Source: an uncultured delta proteobacterium (GTDB lineage Bacteria > Desulfobacterota > Desulfuromonadia > Geobacterales > DSM-12255). Taken from it: a stretch of 64,000 nt of DNA. Shown piece by piece: positions 1 to 12,830 of this stretch; within the stretch, counting starts at the first letter, position 1; every line of letters starts with the position of its first letter. The notes under the pieces are model-generated. The model had not been told where the DNA came from and searched no databases. It saw nothing but the letters and a program-made list of their open reading frames with translations. A program made the position numbers and the translations under genes. The DNA lies in contig CAWBBV010000009.1 in the NCBI GenBank assembly GCA_963787125.1, forward strand, positions 64,264 to 128,263. The letters run 5' to 3'.

Positions 1-429
1 GCTCAAATAGGATCTAATGTGATAGGAGTTGATCACTCCCCGGCCATGCTTGCTGAAGCCCGGTGCAGAGTCGCTCATGCCTGCGTAAATGGAGTTGAGC
101 TTAGACTTGGAGAAATGGCTCATCTGCCGTTACCTGATTCTACTGTAGATTGTGTAGTCGCCAACATGGTTCTTCATCATGCTGCGGATCCAAAAGCAGT
201 TATTGCTGAGATACGTAGAGTTCTTATTGTTGGTGGGCAGCTACTGATCGCAGATCTTGCCCGTCATGAACGGGAAGCTGCTAGAGATCAACTAGCTGAC
301 CAGTGGCTCGGATTTGAAGCTGATGAGCTTGCCGGCTGGTTATGTGAGGCTGGATTTTCACATGTTTTCTCTGAAAAAATAGTAGGATGTGCAGGTCAGG
401 AAACTGTTCTGCTGTTTAGTTCAAGATAG
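1..429 (+). CDS. SAM-dependent methyltransferase domain, 5'-partial (probably the ArsR-HTH/methyltransferase fusion found upstream of ahcY)
   Basis: Frame open from base 1; [28 protein letters not shown] class I MTase motifs; adjacent to ahcY. Confidence 0.8.
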   Translation, partial: AQIGSNVIGVDHSPAMLAEARCRVAHACVNGVELRLGEMAHLPLPDSTVDCVVANMVLHHAADPKAVIAEIRRVLIVGGQLLIADLARHEREAARDQLADQWLGFEADELAGWLCEAGFSHVFSEKIVGCAGQETVLLFSSR

Positions 430-460
430 CGATTTATTTACATTAAAGGAGATTGAATCA

Positions 461-1855
461 ATGTCACAGGATTACATCGTTGCTGATCTGAAATTAGCTG
501 ATTGGGGTCGTAAAGAAATAAAAATTGCTGAAACTGAAATGCCAGGGCTCATGGCTATTCGTGACGAGTTTGCTGCCGGTCAGCCGCTTAAAGGTGCTCG
601 CATTACCGGCTCACTTCATATGACGATCCAGACTGCTGTATTGATAGAGACTCTTACCGCCCTTGGTGCAGAGGTACGTTGGGCTTCATGCAACATATTC
701 TCGACACAGGACCATGCCGCAGCTGCCATTGCTTCCTCTGGAGTTGCTGTCTTTGCTGTCAAAGGTGAAACTCTAACCGAGTATTGGGATTATACACACA
801 GGATCTTCGATTGGAAGGATGGTGGGTATTCCAATATGATCCTTGATGATGGTGGCGATGCGACGCTGTTGCTCCATCTCGGGACAAGAGCCGAGAAAGA
901 CCTTTCCGTTCTAAGTAACCCTGGCTCAGAAGAAGAGACCATACTTTTTGCTGCCATCAAAGCAAAACTGGTTGTTGACCCGACATGGTATTCAGTTCGC
1001 CTTGCTCAAATTATGGGGGTCACAGAAGAGACCACTACTGGTGTTCATCGCCTCTACCAGATGCACGAGCGTGGCGAGCTCCGCTTTCCGGCGATCAATG
1101 TTAATGATTCGGTCACCAAATCTAAATTTGACAACCTCTATGGCTGCCGTGAATCGCTTGTGGATGGAATAAAACGTGCTACAGACGTGATGATCGCCGG
1201 AAAAGTCGCTCTGATTTGCGGTTATGGCGATGTTGGCAAAGGGTCAGCCCAAGCAATGCGTGCCCTTTCTGCCCAGGTATGGGTAACTGAAGTCGATCCG
1301 ATTTGCGCCCTTCAGGCCGCCATGGAAGGCTACCGTGTCGTGACCATGGAGTATGCCGCAGATAAAGCTGATATCTTTGTCACCTGTACCGGCAACTACC
1401 ACGTCATTACTCATGACCATATGACAAGAATGAAGGATCAGGCTATTGTTTGTAACATCGGCCATTTTGACAACGAGATTGAAGTCGCTGCCCTTGAGAA
1501 ATACCAGTGGGAGGAGATCAAACCCCAGGTTGATCATGTCATCTTTCCCGACGGTAAGCGGATCATTCTGCTTGCAAAGGGGCGTCTGGTTAATCTTGGT
1601 TGCGGTACCGGTCACCCAAGCTATGTTATGTCGTCTTCATTTGCAAATCAGACCATCGCGCAGATAGAGATATTCTGCAATCCTGAAAAATACCCGGTCG
1701 GTGTTTATGTGCTACCTAAGCACCTTGATGAGAAAGTGGCCAGGCTGCAGTTGAAAAAGCTGAATGCTCAGCTGTCAGTTCTTACAAAGGAGCAGGCTGA
1801 TTACATCGGCGTCTCTGTTGAGGGGCCATACAAGGCTGAACAGTACCGCTACTGA
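461..1855 (+). CDS. ahcY: Adenosylhomocysteinase
   Basis: [47 protein letters not shown] motifs; AAGGAG SD before ATG 461. Confidence 0.98.
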   Translation: MSQDYIVADLKLADWGRKEIKIAETEMPGLMAIRDEFAAGQPLKGARITGSLHMTIQTAVLIETLTALGAEVRWASCNIFSTQDHAAAAIASSGVAVFAVKGETLTEYWDYTHRIFDWKDGGYSNMILDDGGDATLLLHLGTRAEKDLSVLSNPGSEEETILFAAIKAKLVVDPTWYSVRLAQIMGVTEETTTGVHRLYQMHERGELRFPAINVNDSVTKSKFDNLYGCRESLVDGIKRATDVMIAGKVALICGYGDVGKGSAQAMRALSAQVWVTEVDPICALQAAMEGYRVVTMEYAADKADIFVTCTGNYHVITHDHMTRMKDQAIVCNIGHFDNEIEVAALEKYQWEEIKPQVDHVIFPDGKRIILLAKGRLVNLGCGTGHPSYVMSSSFANQTIAQIEIFCNPEKYPVGVYVLPKHLDEKVARLQLKKLNAQLSVLTKEQADYIGVSVEGPYKAEQYRY

Positions 1856-1857
1856 TA

Positions 1858-1912
1858 GCGTGACAGGCAAAACGTCCAGATGCACAGCGTCTGGACGTTT
1901 TGCCTGTCACGC
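1858..1912. terminator. 23-bp perfect inverted repeat downstream of ahcY (terminator or mRNA-stabilising hairpin)
   Basis: GCGTGACAGGCAAAACGTCCAGA-9 nt-TCTGGACGTTTTGCCTGTCACGC; no clear U-tract. Confidence 0.55.
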
Positions 1913-1975
1913 CTTGCGCTGGAAAGGCCGTTTGTGACCGTTTTATAATCCTAGTGAAGGCAAGAAGCCAGCAAT

Positions 1976-3643
1976 TTGAAAACTGAAGCCATTTACGCAA
2001 AACTATTTTCAGCCCACACATTACCGGTTCTCTTGATTATCGCAGTCGGCGCTTTGTGTTATGCGAACACATTCCACGTTCCTTTTATTCTTGATGACGT
2101 CTCCTCAATTCTTGTCAATCCGCAGATAACCTCCTTATCATTCTCCCTTAAGCCTCGAATCCTGGGAGAGCTTTCTTTCGCGCTCAATTATAATCTTCAT
2201 GGCTTGAGCCTGCCGGAATACCATCTCGTAAATCTGCTCTTGCACATGGCTAATGCCAGCCTGCTCTATGTTTTTGTATTGACCATTTTTCTGACACCTG
2301 TTTTCCGGCAAATACAACCCGGCAAAGCTGATAGATGTATTGCACTTGCAGCTGCTTTTATTTTTGTTGCTCACCCACTGCAAACAGCCGCTGTCACCTA
2401 TCTGGCGCAGCGCGTTACGCTGATTGCAACCTTATTCTATCTCTTTGCCGTAGTTGTCTATCTGAAAGCCAGAGTTTCTAAAGAGAAATGGAGTAGCACT
2501 ATTTTATTGTTATTGTCACTCTGCTCAGCAACGGCCGCACTTTTGTCAAAAGAGATTGCAGTTACAATCCCTGTTGCAATTCTTTTCTGCGAAGCTACTT
2601 TTTTTAGTGGAAACGAGCGCAAACGCTTTTTGTTATGGACAATATATTTTATCCCCCTCGTCTCTGCGGTCCTTTTGACAAATCATGCCATATTCTTTAA
2701 ATCGGATTTGTCTTCAGCTGTTATGACCCTCACGGCAGAAAGAGGCGCACCTCCCAGGCTAGATTACCTCCTGACGCAGTTTCAGGTGCTGCTATACTAT
2801 CTGCGGCTTTTTCTCTACCCTGCCGGTTTGAATCTTGACCACGATGTAACACTGCGCCGGTCGCTTACTGACCCTGGTGTCGTCGCAGCGTTTATTTGTA
2901 TTGCTGTCTTAGTATTGTTGACACTGCTATTCTTGATCAAAGGGCGTAAAGGCGAGAATCTCTTTGACAGATTATGGCTGCTGGCAGGGTTTGGCATCGG
3001 CTGGTTTTTTATTACCATTTTCGTTGAATCCAGTCTAATCCCGGTTCGGGATGTAATGTTTGACCACAGGGTTTATCTGCCTGCCGTCGGGTTGGTTATG
3101 ACTGCCTCAGTTGGCATATGGTTAATCGTCTCCAGAAGGGCTGCTCAGAAAAGGGTTTTCAGGCGGTTCGTAACCACAATAGTTATTCTTGTGCTGATTC
3201 TTGCTGTTACGACGATTTCACGGAACCGGGTATGGCAAAGTGAGGTGACGCTATGGGAGGATGCCGCCAGTAAAAGTCCGGCAAAGGGGCGGACACATGG
3301 GGCGCTTGGTCACGCATATCAACGTGCAGGGAGAATTGATGACGCAGTGCGGGCCTACAGCACTGCAGTCAGACTTTCTCCGGGTGATTATATCGCCAGA
3401 AACAATCTGGGGGCTATCTATCTGAAGCAGAAAAAATACACAGATGCAATCAACGAGCTTGAAAAAGTCATTGAGCTTGCACCTGCTTCAGCGCCAGCTC
3501 ATTTCAATCTCGGGCTTGCATATTCAGCATCTGGCCGCTTTAAAGAAGGGGAGATTTCGTTCCTGGAGGCGGTAAAGCTTAAGCCTGATTACCGTGAGGC
3601 TCTGGACAATCTTGCTGTGATAAGGAAAACTAGGGAGCGCTGA
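1976..3643 (+). CDS. Multi-TM membrane protein with C-terminal TPR repeats (TMTC-like GT-C glycosyltransferase family)
   Basis: FILDD after first TM, HP...VTYLAQR, SKE, DHRVYLP, RNRVWQSEVTLW motifs followed by TPRs. Confidence 0.75.
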   Translation: MKTEAIYAKLFSAHTLPVLLIIAVGALCYANTFHVPFILDDVSSILVNPQITSLSFSLKPRILGELSFALNYNLHGLSLPEYHLVNLLLHMANASLLYVFVLTIFLTPVFRQIQPGKADRCIALAAAFIFVAHPLQTAAVTYLAQRVTLIATLFYLFAVVVYLKARVSKEKWSSTILLLLSLCSATAALLSKEIAVTIPVAILFCEATFFSGNERKRFLLWTIYFIPLVSAVLLTNHAIFFKSDLSSAVMTLTAERGAPPRLDYLLTQFQVLLYYLRLFLYPAGLNLDHDVTLRRSLTDPGVVAAFICIAVLVLLTLLFLIKGRKGENLFDRLWLLAGFGIGWFFITIFVESSLIPVRDVMFDHRVYLPAVGLVMTASVGIWLIVSRRAAQKRVFRRFVTTIVILVLILAVTTISRNRVWQSEVTLWEDAASKSPAKGRTHGALGHAYQRAGRIDDAVRAYSTAVRLSPGDYIARNNLGAIYLKQKKYTDAINELEKVIELAPASAPAHFNLGLAYSASGRFKEGEISFLEAVKLKPDYREALDNLAVIRKTRER

Positions 3644-4493
3644 CAGTAAACTGGGTGCTTTCTTCACCATTTGGATTAACTACTATCATCTGGAAACTCT
3701 TCAGTGATGGATCATAGGGATAACGCTGATAGATCAGCCTGTTACAACCCGTATAAACAAGCCTGTCCCGTTCTCCTGGCATCGGCTGGCCAGTCTGAAT
3801 TTTCTTGCCATCAACTATCAGGTTTGAACCTTGCTGGAAATTAATCCCTTCAATATTCAATTCATAATAATTGACGTAGTCATTCCCCTGAGAAACGCTG
3901 CGTATTTCCGGCCGACTGGCAACAACCAGCGCAATTGCAGGCGAGATGGCATCTTCAGCATTCTTGACCTGTATCTGGTGAAGTCCTCCTGAGACGGGTG
4001 GTGTCTGGAAGGTCATCTCTTCGGCTGACAACCGGTTCCCCTTGATAATCGCGCCATCAAAAAGCACTTTAGCCGTCTCCAGAAAATTCTTCCCCTTGAT
4101 GATTATCTGCCGGTCACTTCCCGCTGTGCAAAGGGAGACAGTATCTGGCTGAATTGCTGCAACGGCAGGTTTCAGCGGAGTAACTGCGAAAGAGTAGGCT
4201 CTGCTGGCCGCGCCGTTTTTTTGGCGGAGATAGAGTGCATAGTTCCCTGCAGGAATCTGGGGGATCTCGAAACTTATCTGTCGGGCTGAGACTGATTTGA
4301 AAGGGATTTCTTCAATGCCGAGATAAAGTGTGCTTTCAACATTGAATCCTGAGCCGGAAATAACAACCGTTCCACCCGCTGCAGCCTGACCAGGTATTAT
4401 GCTGAGAATCGATGGGGCAGCGACTTCATCTTCAGCAAAAGCAGCTGAGAACAGCAGCATGGTCAGAGCTAAGACTGTGGCTAGATAGCGCAT
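3630..4493 (-). CDS. Exported IPT/TIG-domain protein
   Basis: Signal peptide; repeated P.I.SI.P...G..V.I.G.GF Ig-like modules. Confidence 0.75.
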   Translation of the reverse strand: MRYLATVLALTMLLFSAAFAEDEVAAPSILSIIPGQAAAGGTVVISGSGFNVESTLYLGIEEIPFKSVSARQISFEIPQIPAGNYALYLRQKNGAASRAYSFAVTPLKPAVAAIQPDTVSLCTAGSDRQIIIKGKNFLETAKVLFDGAIIKGNRLSAEEMTFQTPPVSGGLHQIQVKNAEDAISPAIALVVASRPEIRSVSQGNDYVNYYELNIEGINFQQGSNLIVDGKKIQTGQPMPGERDRLVYTGCNRLIYQRYPYDPSLKSFQMIVVNPNGEESTQFTVSAP

Positions 4494-4515
4494 ATGGTTT
4501 GCTCCAATTGTGAAG

Positions 4516-5595
4516 TCAAGAGTCTACTGAAAGTGTAAACCATAGTCCGGCTCCTGCAAACAGTATATTTGCGGTCCAGGCAGCCAGAATCGGCTCAAGT
4601 GCTCCAGCCTGACCTAGTGAAAGGAGCAGGGCATTAATTATGAAGTAGGAGAAACCTATGAGGATGCTGAAGCCAATGCCTAGCCCGATTCCACCGGAAC
4701 GACCATCCCGGAGTGAAAAAGGAATCCCCAGAAAGGCCATTACCAGAGCAGCAAAAGGGAGCGATATCTTTGAGTGAAGCAGCGTCAGATAGCGTGTCGC
4801 GTCATAACCGTTTTCGCTGATCGTCTTACAATAGCGCCGCAGAGCAGTAAACCCCATCTCTTCAGCTGCCCTGGTAACAACTTTCAGGTCATCTGCGACA
4901 ATGTCCAGCCTGACTAGAAGTGAATCGCTGGAAGTGCTGTTAATGGCACCTGTAGGCGAAAAGTTCGTTTTGGTAACTCCCGAGAGTAGCCAACCGCCTT
5001 GAACCGGAGTGCCACTGCCTGCATCAATCCTTGAGACAGGCTTAAGGCCTTCGCCAACTTCCCAGATGGTTATCCCTTTGAGAGTAGAGGTCTCCGGGGT
5101 GAAAAACTTTGCCTGCAGGATAAGTTTTTCAGCTCGAAGCCAGATGTTTTCTTGCAGGAAAAAAGCTGATGGTCCCTTCTTCTTAACAACTACCTGCTCA
5201 ATGTAACCCATTTTCTCGTTGGCTGCGGGGGTTATGAACTCTTGCATTAAAACAAGAAACAGACTTGTGATCGCAGCAGTTGCCAGAATTGGTTTGCCTA
5301 TCTGGAAAAGGCTGACACCACTGCTGCGCATGGCTGTTATTTCGCTGTTTTTTGCCAGAGTGCCGATAGCGAGGATTGTCCCCATGAGGACTGCCATCGG
5401 CGTAATCTGAAAGATTATCTCAGGTGTTTTGCAGAGAAAATAGAGGAGAATTGACGAATTAGGTGCTCCTGCCCGGCTGAATTTACTGTATCTCTCAAGA
5501 AAATCAACGACAAGGTAGATGGCAATGAAGGCTGCAAGGCAGGTAGCCGTTGCCGTAAGATAGGTTTTGATAAGGTAGCGGTTTAGTATCTTCAT
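4516..5595 (-). CDS. lptG: LPS export ABC transporter permease LptG
   Basis: YjgP/Q family: SEITAMRSSGVSL motif, 6 TM; paired with lptF. Confidence 0.9.
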   Translation of the reverse strand: MKILNRYLIKTYLTATATCLAAFIAIYLVVDFLERYSKFSRAGAPNSSILLYFLCKTPEIIFQITPMAVLMGTILAIGTLAKNSEITAMRSSGVSLFQIGKPILATAAITSLFLVLMQEFITPAANEKMGYIEQVVVKKKGPSAFFLQENIWLRAEKLILQAKFFTPETSTLKGITIWEVGEGLKPVSRIDAGSGTPVQGGWLLSGVTKTNFSPTGAINSTSSDSLLVRLDIVADDLKVVTRAAEEMGFTALRRYCKTISENGYDATRYLTLLHSKISLPFAALVMAFLGIPFSLRDGRSGGIGLGIGFSILIGFSYFIINALLLSLGQAGALEPILAAWTANILFAGAGLWFTLSVDS

Positions 5596-6752
5596 GCTGA
5601 CTGCTTTTTCTTCAGGAGGTGCGAGGCAGCAGTGACTATTCGGTCAAAAACGGCCACTCTTTCTTCTTTTGCCGATTTAACAAACATATAGATCCCGCCG
5701 ATAAGAAAGATGAAGTTTGGTAGCCAGACAGCCATAAAAGGGGCGAGTAGCTCTTTTTCGCCAAGAGTTCTGCCGATCGATTGAAAAATGTAGAAAAGGA
5801 GCAGTGCCGCTATGCTGAAGGAAAAGCCGGCAGCCTTGCCGGAACGACGGTTCTGTATGCCGAGCGGTACTGCAACAATTGCAAAGATGAAGCAGGCAAA
5901 AGGCATGGCAAAGCGACGCTGTACTTCCAGTCTCATGTCGATCATCAGTTTTTTTGAAAAGCCGCTTTTTTGCAGATTTTGGCGGAGTTCGTTCAGCGAC
6001 ATATCGAGCTCATTTTTTTCAAAACTGGAAGCGGTTTTGGAAAGGTCGATTTCAAGAGAGTATTCATTGAAACTGAGGAGACGGTATACCTCATTTGGGC
6101 GTGACTGATGAATGCTACCGTTTGTTAGGTGAAGGTGAATTTTTTTGCTTTTCTCGTCCATGCCAAACATGCCGGTTTCCGCAAAGATTGTGGAGATATC
6201 CTTTAGGTTGCGTTCATCCTGGATCATGACTCCGGAGAGACTGCCGTTTTTGCCGCTGTTTTTAGCGACATAAACTAAAAGTCCGGGGAGATTAGTGTTA
6301 AAGACCTGCTCTTTCAAGTTCAGACTCAGTTTCCCCTGGATTGCCCGGTAGAGGAGTTCCTTGAAAGCGGTGTTGCCGGCGGGCAGGGCATATATGGCTG
6401 TCAGCGCTGTAAGCGTGTATGCGGTAAGAGAGATAAGCAGGATGGGGGGGAGTAGTCGGTAGAGGCTTATTCCGCTTGCCTTTATGGCGATAATTTCGCT
6501 GTCGCCTGAAAGTCTGCTGAAAGCCAGCAATACAGCGAGCAGCAGCGACATCGGAATAGTGATGACCGCAAAATTGGGGAGGAGGTAAACGATCATCAGC
6601 AAAATCTCGGAAATGGAGACGCCTTTGCTGACGACCATATCGGCAAGTCTCAGCATCCGCCCCATAAGGAGGACTCCAGTAAAAACGACCAGGCCGAGAA
6701 AAAAAGCGGCTAGAACTTCTTTGGCTAGATAGCGATAAAGAGTTAAAAGCAT
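5592..6752 (-). CDS. lptF: LPS export ABC transporter permease LptF
   Basis: RLSGDSEIIAIKASGIS, WLPN motifs; 4-bp overlap with lptG. Confidence 0.9.
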   Translation of the reverse strand: MLLTLYRYLAKEVLAAFFLGLVVFTGVLLMGRMLRLADMVVSKGVSISEILLMIVYLLPNFAVITIPMSLLLAVLLAFSRLSGDSEIIAIKASGISLYRLLPPILLISLTAYTLTALTAIYALPAGNTAFKELLYRAIQGKLSLNLKEQVFNTNLPGLLVYVAKNSGKNGSLSGVMIQDERNLKDISTIFAETGMFGMDEKSKKIHLHLTNGSIHQSRPNEVYRLLSFNEYSLEIDLSKTASSFEKNELDMSLNELRQNLQKSGFSKKLMIDMRLEVQRRFAMPFACFIFAIVAVPLGIQNRRSGKAAGFSFSIAALLLFYIFQSIGRTLGEKELLAPFMAVWLPNFIFLIGGIYMFVKSAKEERVAVFDRIVTAASHLLKKKQSA

Positions 6753-6807
6753 AGGGTTGATAATACATCAAGGTAGGCCGGATGTAAACTGGCTGTTTCA
6801 TTTTAGC

Positions 6808-6838
6808 TTGCCTCAAGCGGGGACTCGTGCTATATAAT
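6808..6838 (+). promoter_or_regulatory. Putative sigma70 promoter of the rpsB-tsf operon
   Basis: TTGCCT-17 nt-TATATA(AT) with TG extended -10 element. Confidence 0.6.
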
Positions 6839-6851
6839 CACGTTACATTAA

Positions 6852-6930
6852 TTTCACACGCATGCTGTCGACTGCGAAGGTGTCCTTAACAGGATTTCGT
6901 AGTTTTGGGGATGCGGCGGAAAAAACCGAG
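6852..6930 (+). ncRNA. rpsB 5' leader (t44/S2 autoregulatory element-like)
   Basis: CACACGCAT...GGTGTCC...GGGATGCGG stem-forming leader directly upstream of rpsB, resembling the proteobacterial t44 leader. Confidence 0.55.
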
Positions 6931-6945
6931 GGTAAGGAGTTAAAA

Positions 6946-7716
6946 ATGTCTAGTATTACTATGAAGGAACTTCTGGAGGCCGGCGTACATTTCGGTCATC
7001 AGACCAAACGCTGGAATCCGAAAATGAAGCCTTATATCTTTGGAGCAAGAAACGGTATCTACATCATCGATCTCCAGAAAACAGTCCGTCTTTTCAAAAG
7101 CGCCTACAGCTTCGTGGTTGATGCTGCCGGTGCCGGCGAAACCTTCCTCTTTGTCGGGACAAAGAAACAGGGGCAGGATGCAGTTGCTGAAGAAGCGACT
7201 CGCTGCGGTATGTATTATGTCAACCAGCGCTGGCTGGGCGGGATGCTTACCAACTTTTCAACCGTAAAGCAGAGTATTGAACGCTTGAAAAAGTACGACA
7301 GTATGTTTGCTGACGGTACTATAGAGGCATACAAAAAGAAAGAGCGTCTCCAGTTTGACAAGGAGCGTGAAAAACTTGAGAAGGTTCTGGGCGGCATCAA
7401 GGGGATGGGCAAACTCCCGGGTGTTCTCTTTGTTGTTGATCCGCAGAATGAAGAGATTGCTGTTTCTGAGGCAAAAAAACTCGGCATTCCGGTTGTAGCT
7501 ATTGTTGACACAAACTGTAATCCTGACCAGATTGACTATATAATTCCGGGCAATGACGACGCTATTCGTGCTATTCGCCTGCTGACAGGCAAGATCGCTG
7601 ATGCGATCATCGAAGGTCGTGATGCACGGGACCTTAAGCTGCAGAACTTTAACGAGGGTGGGGCGCTTGAAGAAGGCAATCCTGAAGATGCAGCTGCAGA
7701 CGCGTCAGCCGAGTAG
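6946..7716 (+). CDS. rpsB: 30S ribosomal protein S2
   Basis: [44 protein letters not shown] before ATG 6946. Confidence 0.99.
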   Translation: MSSITMKELLEAGVHFGHQTKRWNPKMKPYIFGARNGIYIIDLQKTVRLFKSAYSFVVDAAGAGETFLFVGTKKQGQDAVAEEATRCGMYYVNQRWLGGMLTNFSTVKQSIERLKKYDSMFADGTIEAYKKKERLQFDKEREKLEKVLGGIKGMGKLPGVLFVVDPQNEEIAVSEAKKLGIPVVAIVDTNCNPDQIDYIIPGNDDAIRAIRLLTGKIADAIIEGRDARDLKLQNFNEGGALEEGNPEDAAADASAE

Positions 7717-7765
7717 ATAACATCAACAATGTGCGGCGCTGCCGTACTGTTAATAGGGGGATAAT

Positions 7766-9995
<2,230 letters not shown>

Positions 9996-10114
9996 GACAG
10001 GAGTCTATCGGCAGGCTTTTTCCTTGCCACTTCAAAGTCAGTTGTGATTAAATGAGCTCCCCCGTCATCGCGGGGGATTTCTATTTCTACCTGCAGAATG
10101 GAGAGCCTCTAATA

Positions 10115-10879
10115 ATGGCTGGTGAAGCGATTCTTAAAGAAAATCTCCCCCGTCACCTGGCGATCATCATGGATGGTAACGGCAGGTGGGCGAAGGCGCG
10201 GATGCTCCCCCGGATTATGGGGCATCGCAAAGGGGTGGAGACTGTCAGGCTGACAGTTGAAGAGTGCTCAAGGATCGGTATTGGCTATCTGACGCTCTTC
10301 GCCTTTTCGGCTGAGAACTGGTCGCGCCCCAAGAGCGAAGTCCGTGCGTTGATGACCCTTCTTAAAAAGTATATCAAGATGGAAGTCCCCCGGATGATGC
10401 GGAACAATATCCGCTTCAATATCATCGGTAATCGCACTGATCTGCCGGAAGATGTTGCTGTAGGCCTTGAAGCAGCCATGACTGCAACCGCAGCCAACAG
10501 CGGCATGACCCTGACACTAGCCCTGTCTTACGGTTCTCGTCAAGAACTTCTCCAGGCATCAAAGCGGATAGCTGCAGACATTGTCAGTGGAAAGCTGCTG
10601 CCCGATGAACTCACTGAAGCTTCCTTCCCGGATTATCTTTACACCGTCTCTCTGCCCGACCCGGATCTGCTCGTCAGAACCAGCGGTGAAATGCGAATCA
10701 GCAACTTTCTGCTTTGGCAGCTAGCTTACACTGAACTCTACTTTACCGACATCAACTGGCCTGATTTTAACAAGGGTGAGTTGTACAAGGCCCTGGCCGA
10801 TTATCAGCAGCGTGAACGGCGCTTCGGTCTTACCAGCGATCAGCTTAAATGGGGGAAATCATTAAACAGCGGCTCATAA
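10115..10879 (+). CDS. uppS: Undecaprenyl diphosphate synthase (isoprenyl transferase)
   Basis: HLAIIMDGNGRWA, FSAENWSRP, RTSGEMRISNFLLWQ. Confidence 0.97.
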   Translation: MAGEAILKENLPRHLAIIMDGNGRWAKARMLPRIMGHRKGVETVRLTVEECSRIGIGYLTLFAFSAENWSRPKSEVRALMTLLKKYIKMEVPRMMRNNIRFNIIGNRTDLPEDVAVGLEAAMTATAANSGMTLTLALSYGSRQELLQASKRIAADIVSGKLLPDELTEASFPDYLYTVSLPDPDLLVRTSGEMRISNFLLWQLAYTELYFTDINWPDFNKGELYKALADYQQRERRFGLTSDQLKWGKSLNSGS

Positions 10880-11667
10880 CCGCAGGGATTGCCCTGCCTC
10901 TCTTGTTACTCTTGATCGTCCAAGGGAGTTACCTCCTCTTTACCGCATTTATCGCCCTTGCCAGCTTCATTGGTCTGATGGAGTACTGCCGCATGACACT
11001 CCCGCACAGGACGGTGGCAGGCATTGTTGTCCCCCTGCTCGGTTCGCTGCTGCCGTTTAGCTTCTATATCCGCTCTGCCGCACTGACTGCTTTTGCAATA
11101 GCATTTCTTTTCCTCGTTTTTTCCATCTACACCCTTTTCACTTTCAAGGATATTGAGACAGCTGCTTCAGAGGCGGCACTCCTTTTTTTCGGGGTGGTCT
11201 ATCTACCGTATCTGCTCGGCTATCTGGTGCTTTTAAGGAACCATCCCCTTGGAGTCAAATGGATTCTAGCCATCATTTTCATCGTCATGAGCGGTGACAG
11301 TGCCGCTTATTTTATCGGCACTCGTTATGGGAAAAACAGACTCTATCCCGAGGTCAGCCCGAAAAAAAGTGTTGAAGGATCTCTTGGCGGACTTGCAGGG
11401 AGCCTGCTTGGCATCATGTTGGCAAAACTCTTTTTTTTCAGCGAGCTATCTGCTGTCGATGCTGTTCTTGTTGCCCTCTTATTAGGTGCTCTTGGCCAGA
11501 TCGGCGATCTTTTTGAATCACTCTTGAAAAGGAGCTGCAGGGTCAAGGATTCAGGCACCATCTTTCCCGGTCATGGTGGCATACTCGATCGTCTCGACAG
11601 TATTATTTTCGCTGCTCCGGTGGCTTATTACTACGCCATGTTCGTGGCCGGCAGACTCTTCACTTGA
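10849..11667 (+). CDS. cdsA: Phosphatidate cytidylyltransferase (true start may be ATT at 10861)
   Basis: [35 protein letters not shown]. Confidence 0.96.
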   Translation: MGEIIKQRLITAGIALPLLLLLIVQGSYLLFTAFIALASFIGLMEYCRMTLPHRTVAGIVVPLLGSLLPFSFYIRSAALTAFAIAFLFLVFSIYTLFTFKDIETAASEAALLFFGVVYLPYLLGYLVLLRNHPLGVKWILAIIFIVMSGDSAAYFIGTRYGKNRLYPEVSPKKSVEGSLGGLAGSLLGIMLAKLFFFSELSAVDAVLVALLLGALGQIGDLFESLLKRSCRVKDSGTIFPGHGGILDRLDSIIFAAPVAYYYAMFVAGRLFT

Positions 11668-11675
11668 GCAGACAG

Positions 11676-12830
11676 ATGAAATCTCTCACAATTCTCGGTT
11701 CTACAGGTTCAATCGGTACCAACACCCTTGAAGTGGTGGCGGCGAATCCAGACAGGTTCAGGATCGAGGCATTGACTGCCGGAACAAACCTTGATCTTTT
11801 TGTCCGTCAGATAGAACGGTTCTCCCCCCGCCTGGCAGTCGTCCTTGACGAAACTCTTGCCATGAAACTCGCCGGGATGCTCCCTACCGGGAAACGTCCT
11901 GAAATAATGTACGGTGTCAAAGGCCTGGTAGCAGCAGCGACTATTTCCGAGGCTGAAATGGTTGTAGCCGCTATCGTCGGCGCCGCAGGGCTTGTGCCGA
12001 CAGCCGCGGCAATTATGGCCGGCAAGGATGTCGCTCTTGCCAACAAGGAGACACTTGTAACAGCCGGCCATCTATTCATGGATCTGGTGAGAATCCATGG
12101 TGTCAGGCTCTTCCCTGTTGACAGCGAACATAGCGCCATCTTTCAGTCGATTGAGGGGCACAGAAGCAGTGATATCCGGAGGATTATCCTGACCGCTTCC
12201 GGTGGTCCGTTCCTCAACACTCATCATGAGCGGCTCAAAAGCGTTACCGTCGCCGACGCTCTCAATCATCCCAACTGGAACATGGGGAAGAAGATCACCA
12301 TCGACTCCGCCACCATGATGAACAAGGGGCTTGAGGTCATTGAAGCACGGTGGCTGTTTGATGCTCACCCTGAAAAGATTGAAGTGAACATTCATCCCCA
12401 GAGTATCATCCACTCCATGGTCGAATATCTTGACGGCTGCGTTATTGCCCAACTTGGCACACCGGATATGAAAGCTCCGATTGCTTACGCTCTTTCTTAT
12501 CCGGAAAGAATTGCTACCGGGGTGAAACCGCTTGATTTGACCGAACTCTCCGGGTTGACTTTTTTCAAGCCTGACCTGGAACGCTTCCCGGCTCTCAGGC
12601 TTGCCTATCGTGCCCTTAATGACGGTGAAAGCATGCCGGCTGTCATGAACGCCGCCAATGAAGTGGCTGTTGATGCCTTTCTAAACGGCGCCATAGGATT
12701 TAATCAGATTCCGGCCTTGACTGAAAAGGTCATGGATGCGCATCAACCGGTCAGACTTGGATCAATAGCCGATGTACTGGAAGCTGATCTCTGGAGTCGG
12801 AGTAAAATAAGGGAGTATCTTAAAGCATGA
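11676..12830 (+). CDS. dxr: 1-deoxy-D-xylulose 5-phosphate reductoisomerase
   Basis: [35 protein letters not shown]. Confidence 0.99.
   Translation: MKSLTILGSTGSIGTNTLEVVAANPDRFRIEALTAGTNLDLFVRQIERFSPRLAVVLDETLAMKLAGMLPTGKRPEIMYGVKGLVAAATISEAEMVVAAIVGAAGLVPTAAAIMAGKDVALANKETLVTAGHLFMDLVRIHGVRLFPVDSEHSAIFQSIEGHRSSDIRRIILTASGGPFLNTHHERLKSVTVADALNHPNWNMGKKITIDSATMMNKGLEVIEARWLFDAHPEKIEVNIHPQSIIHSMVEYLDGCVIAQLGTPDMKAPIAYALSYPERIATGVKPLDLTELSGLTFFKPDLERFPALRLAYRALNDGESMPAVMNAANEVAVDAFLNGAIGFNQIPALTEKVMDAHQPVRLGSIADVLEADLWSRSKIREYLKA

Noticed and set aside
430..460. SAH/SAM riboswitch before ahcY
   Set aside because: The intergenic gap is only ~31 nt, with no room for an aptamer.
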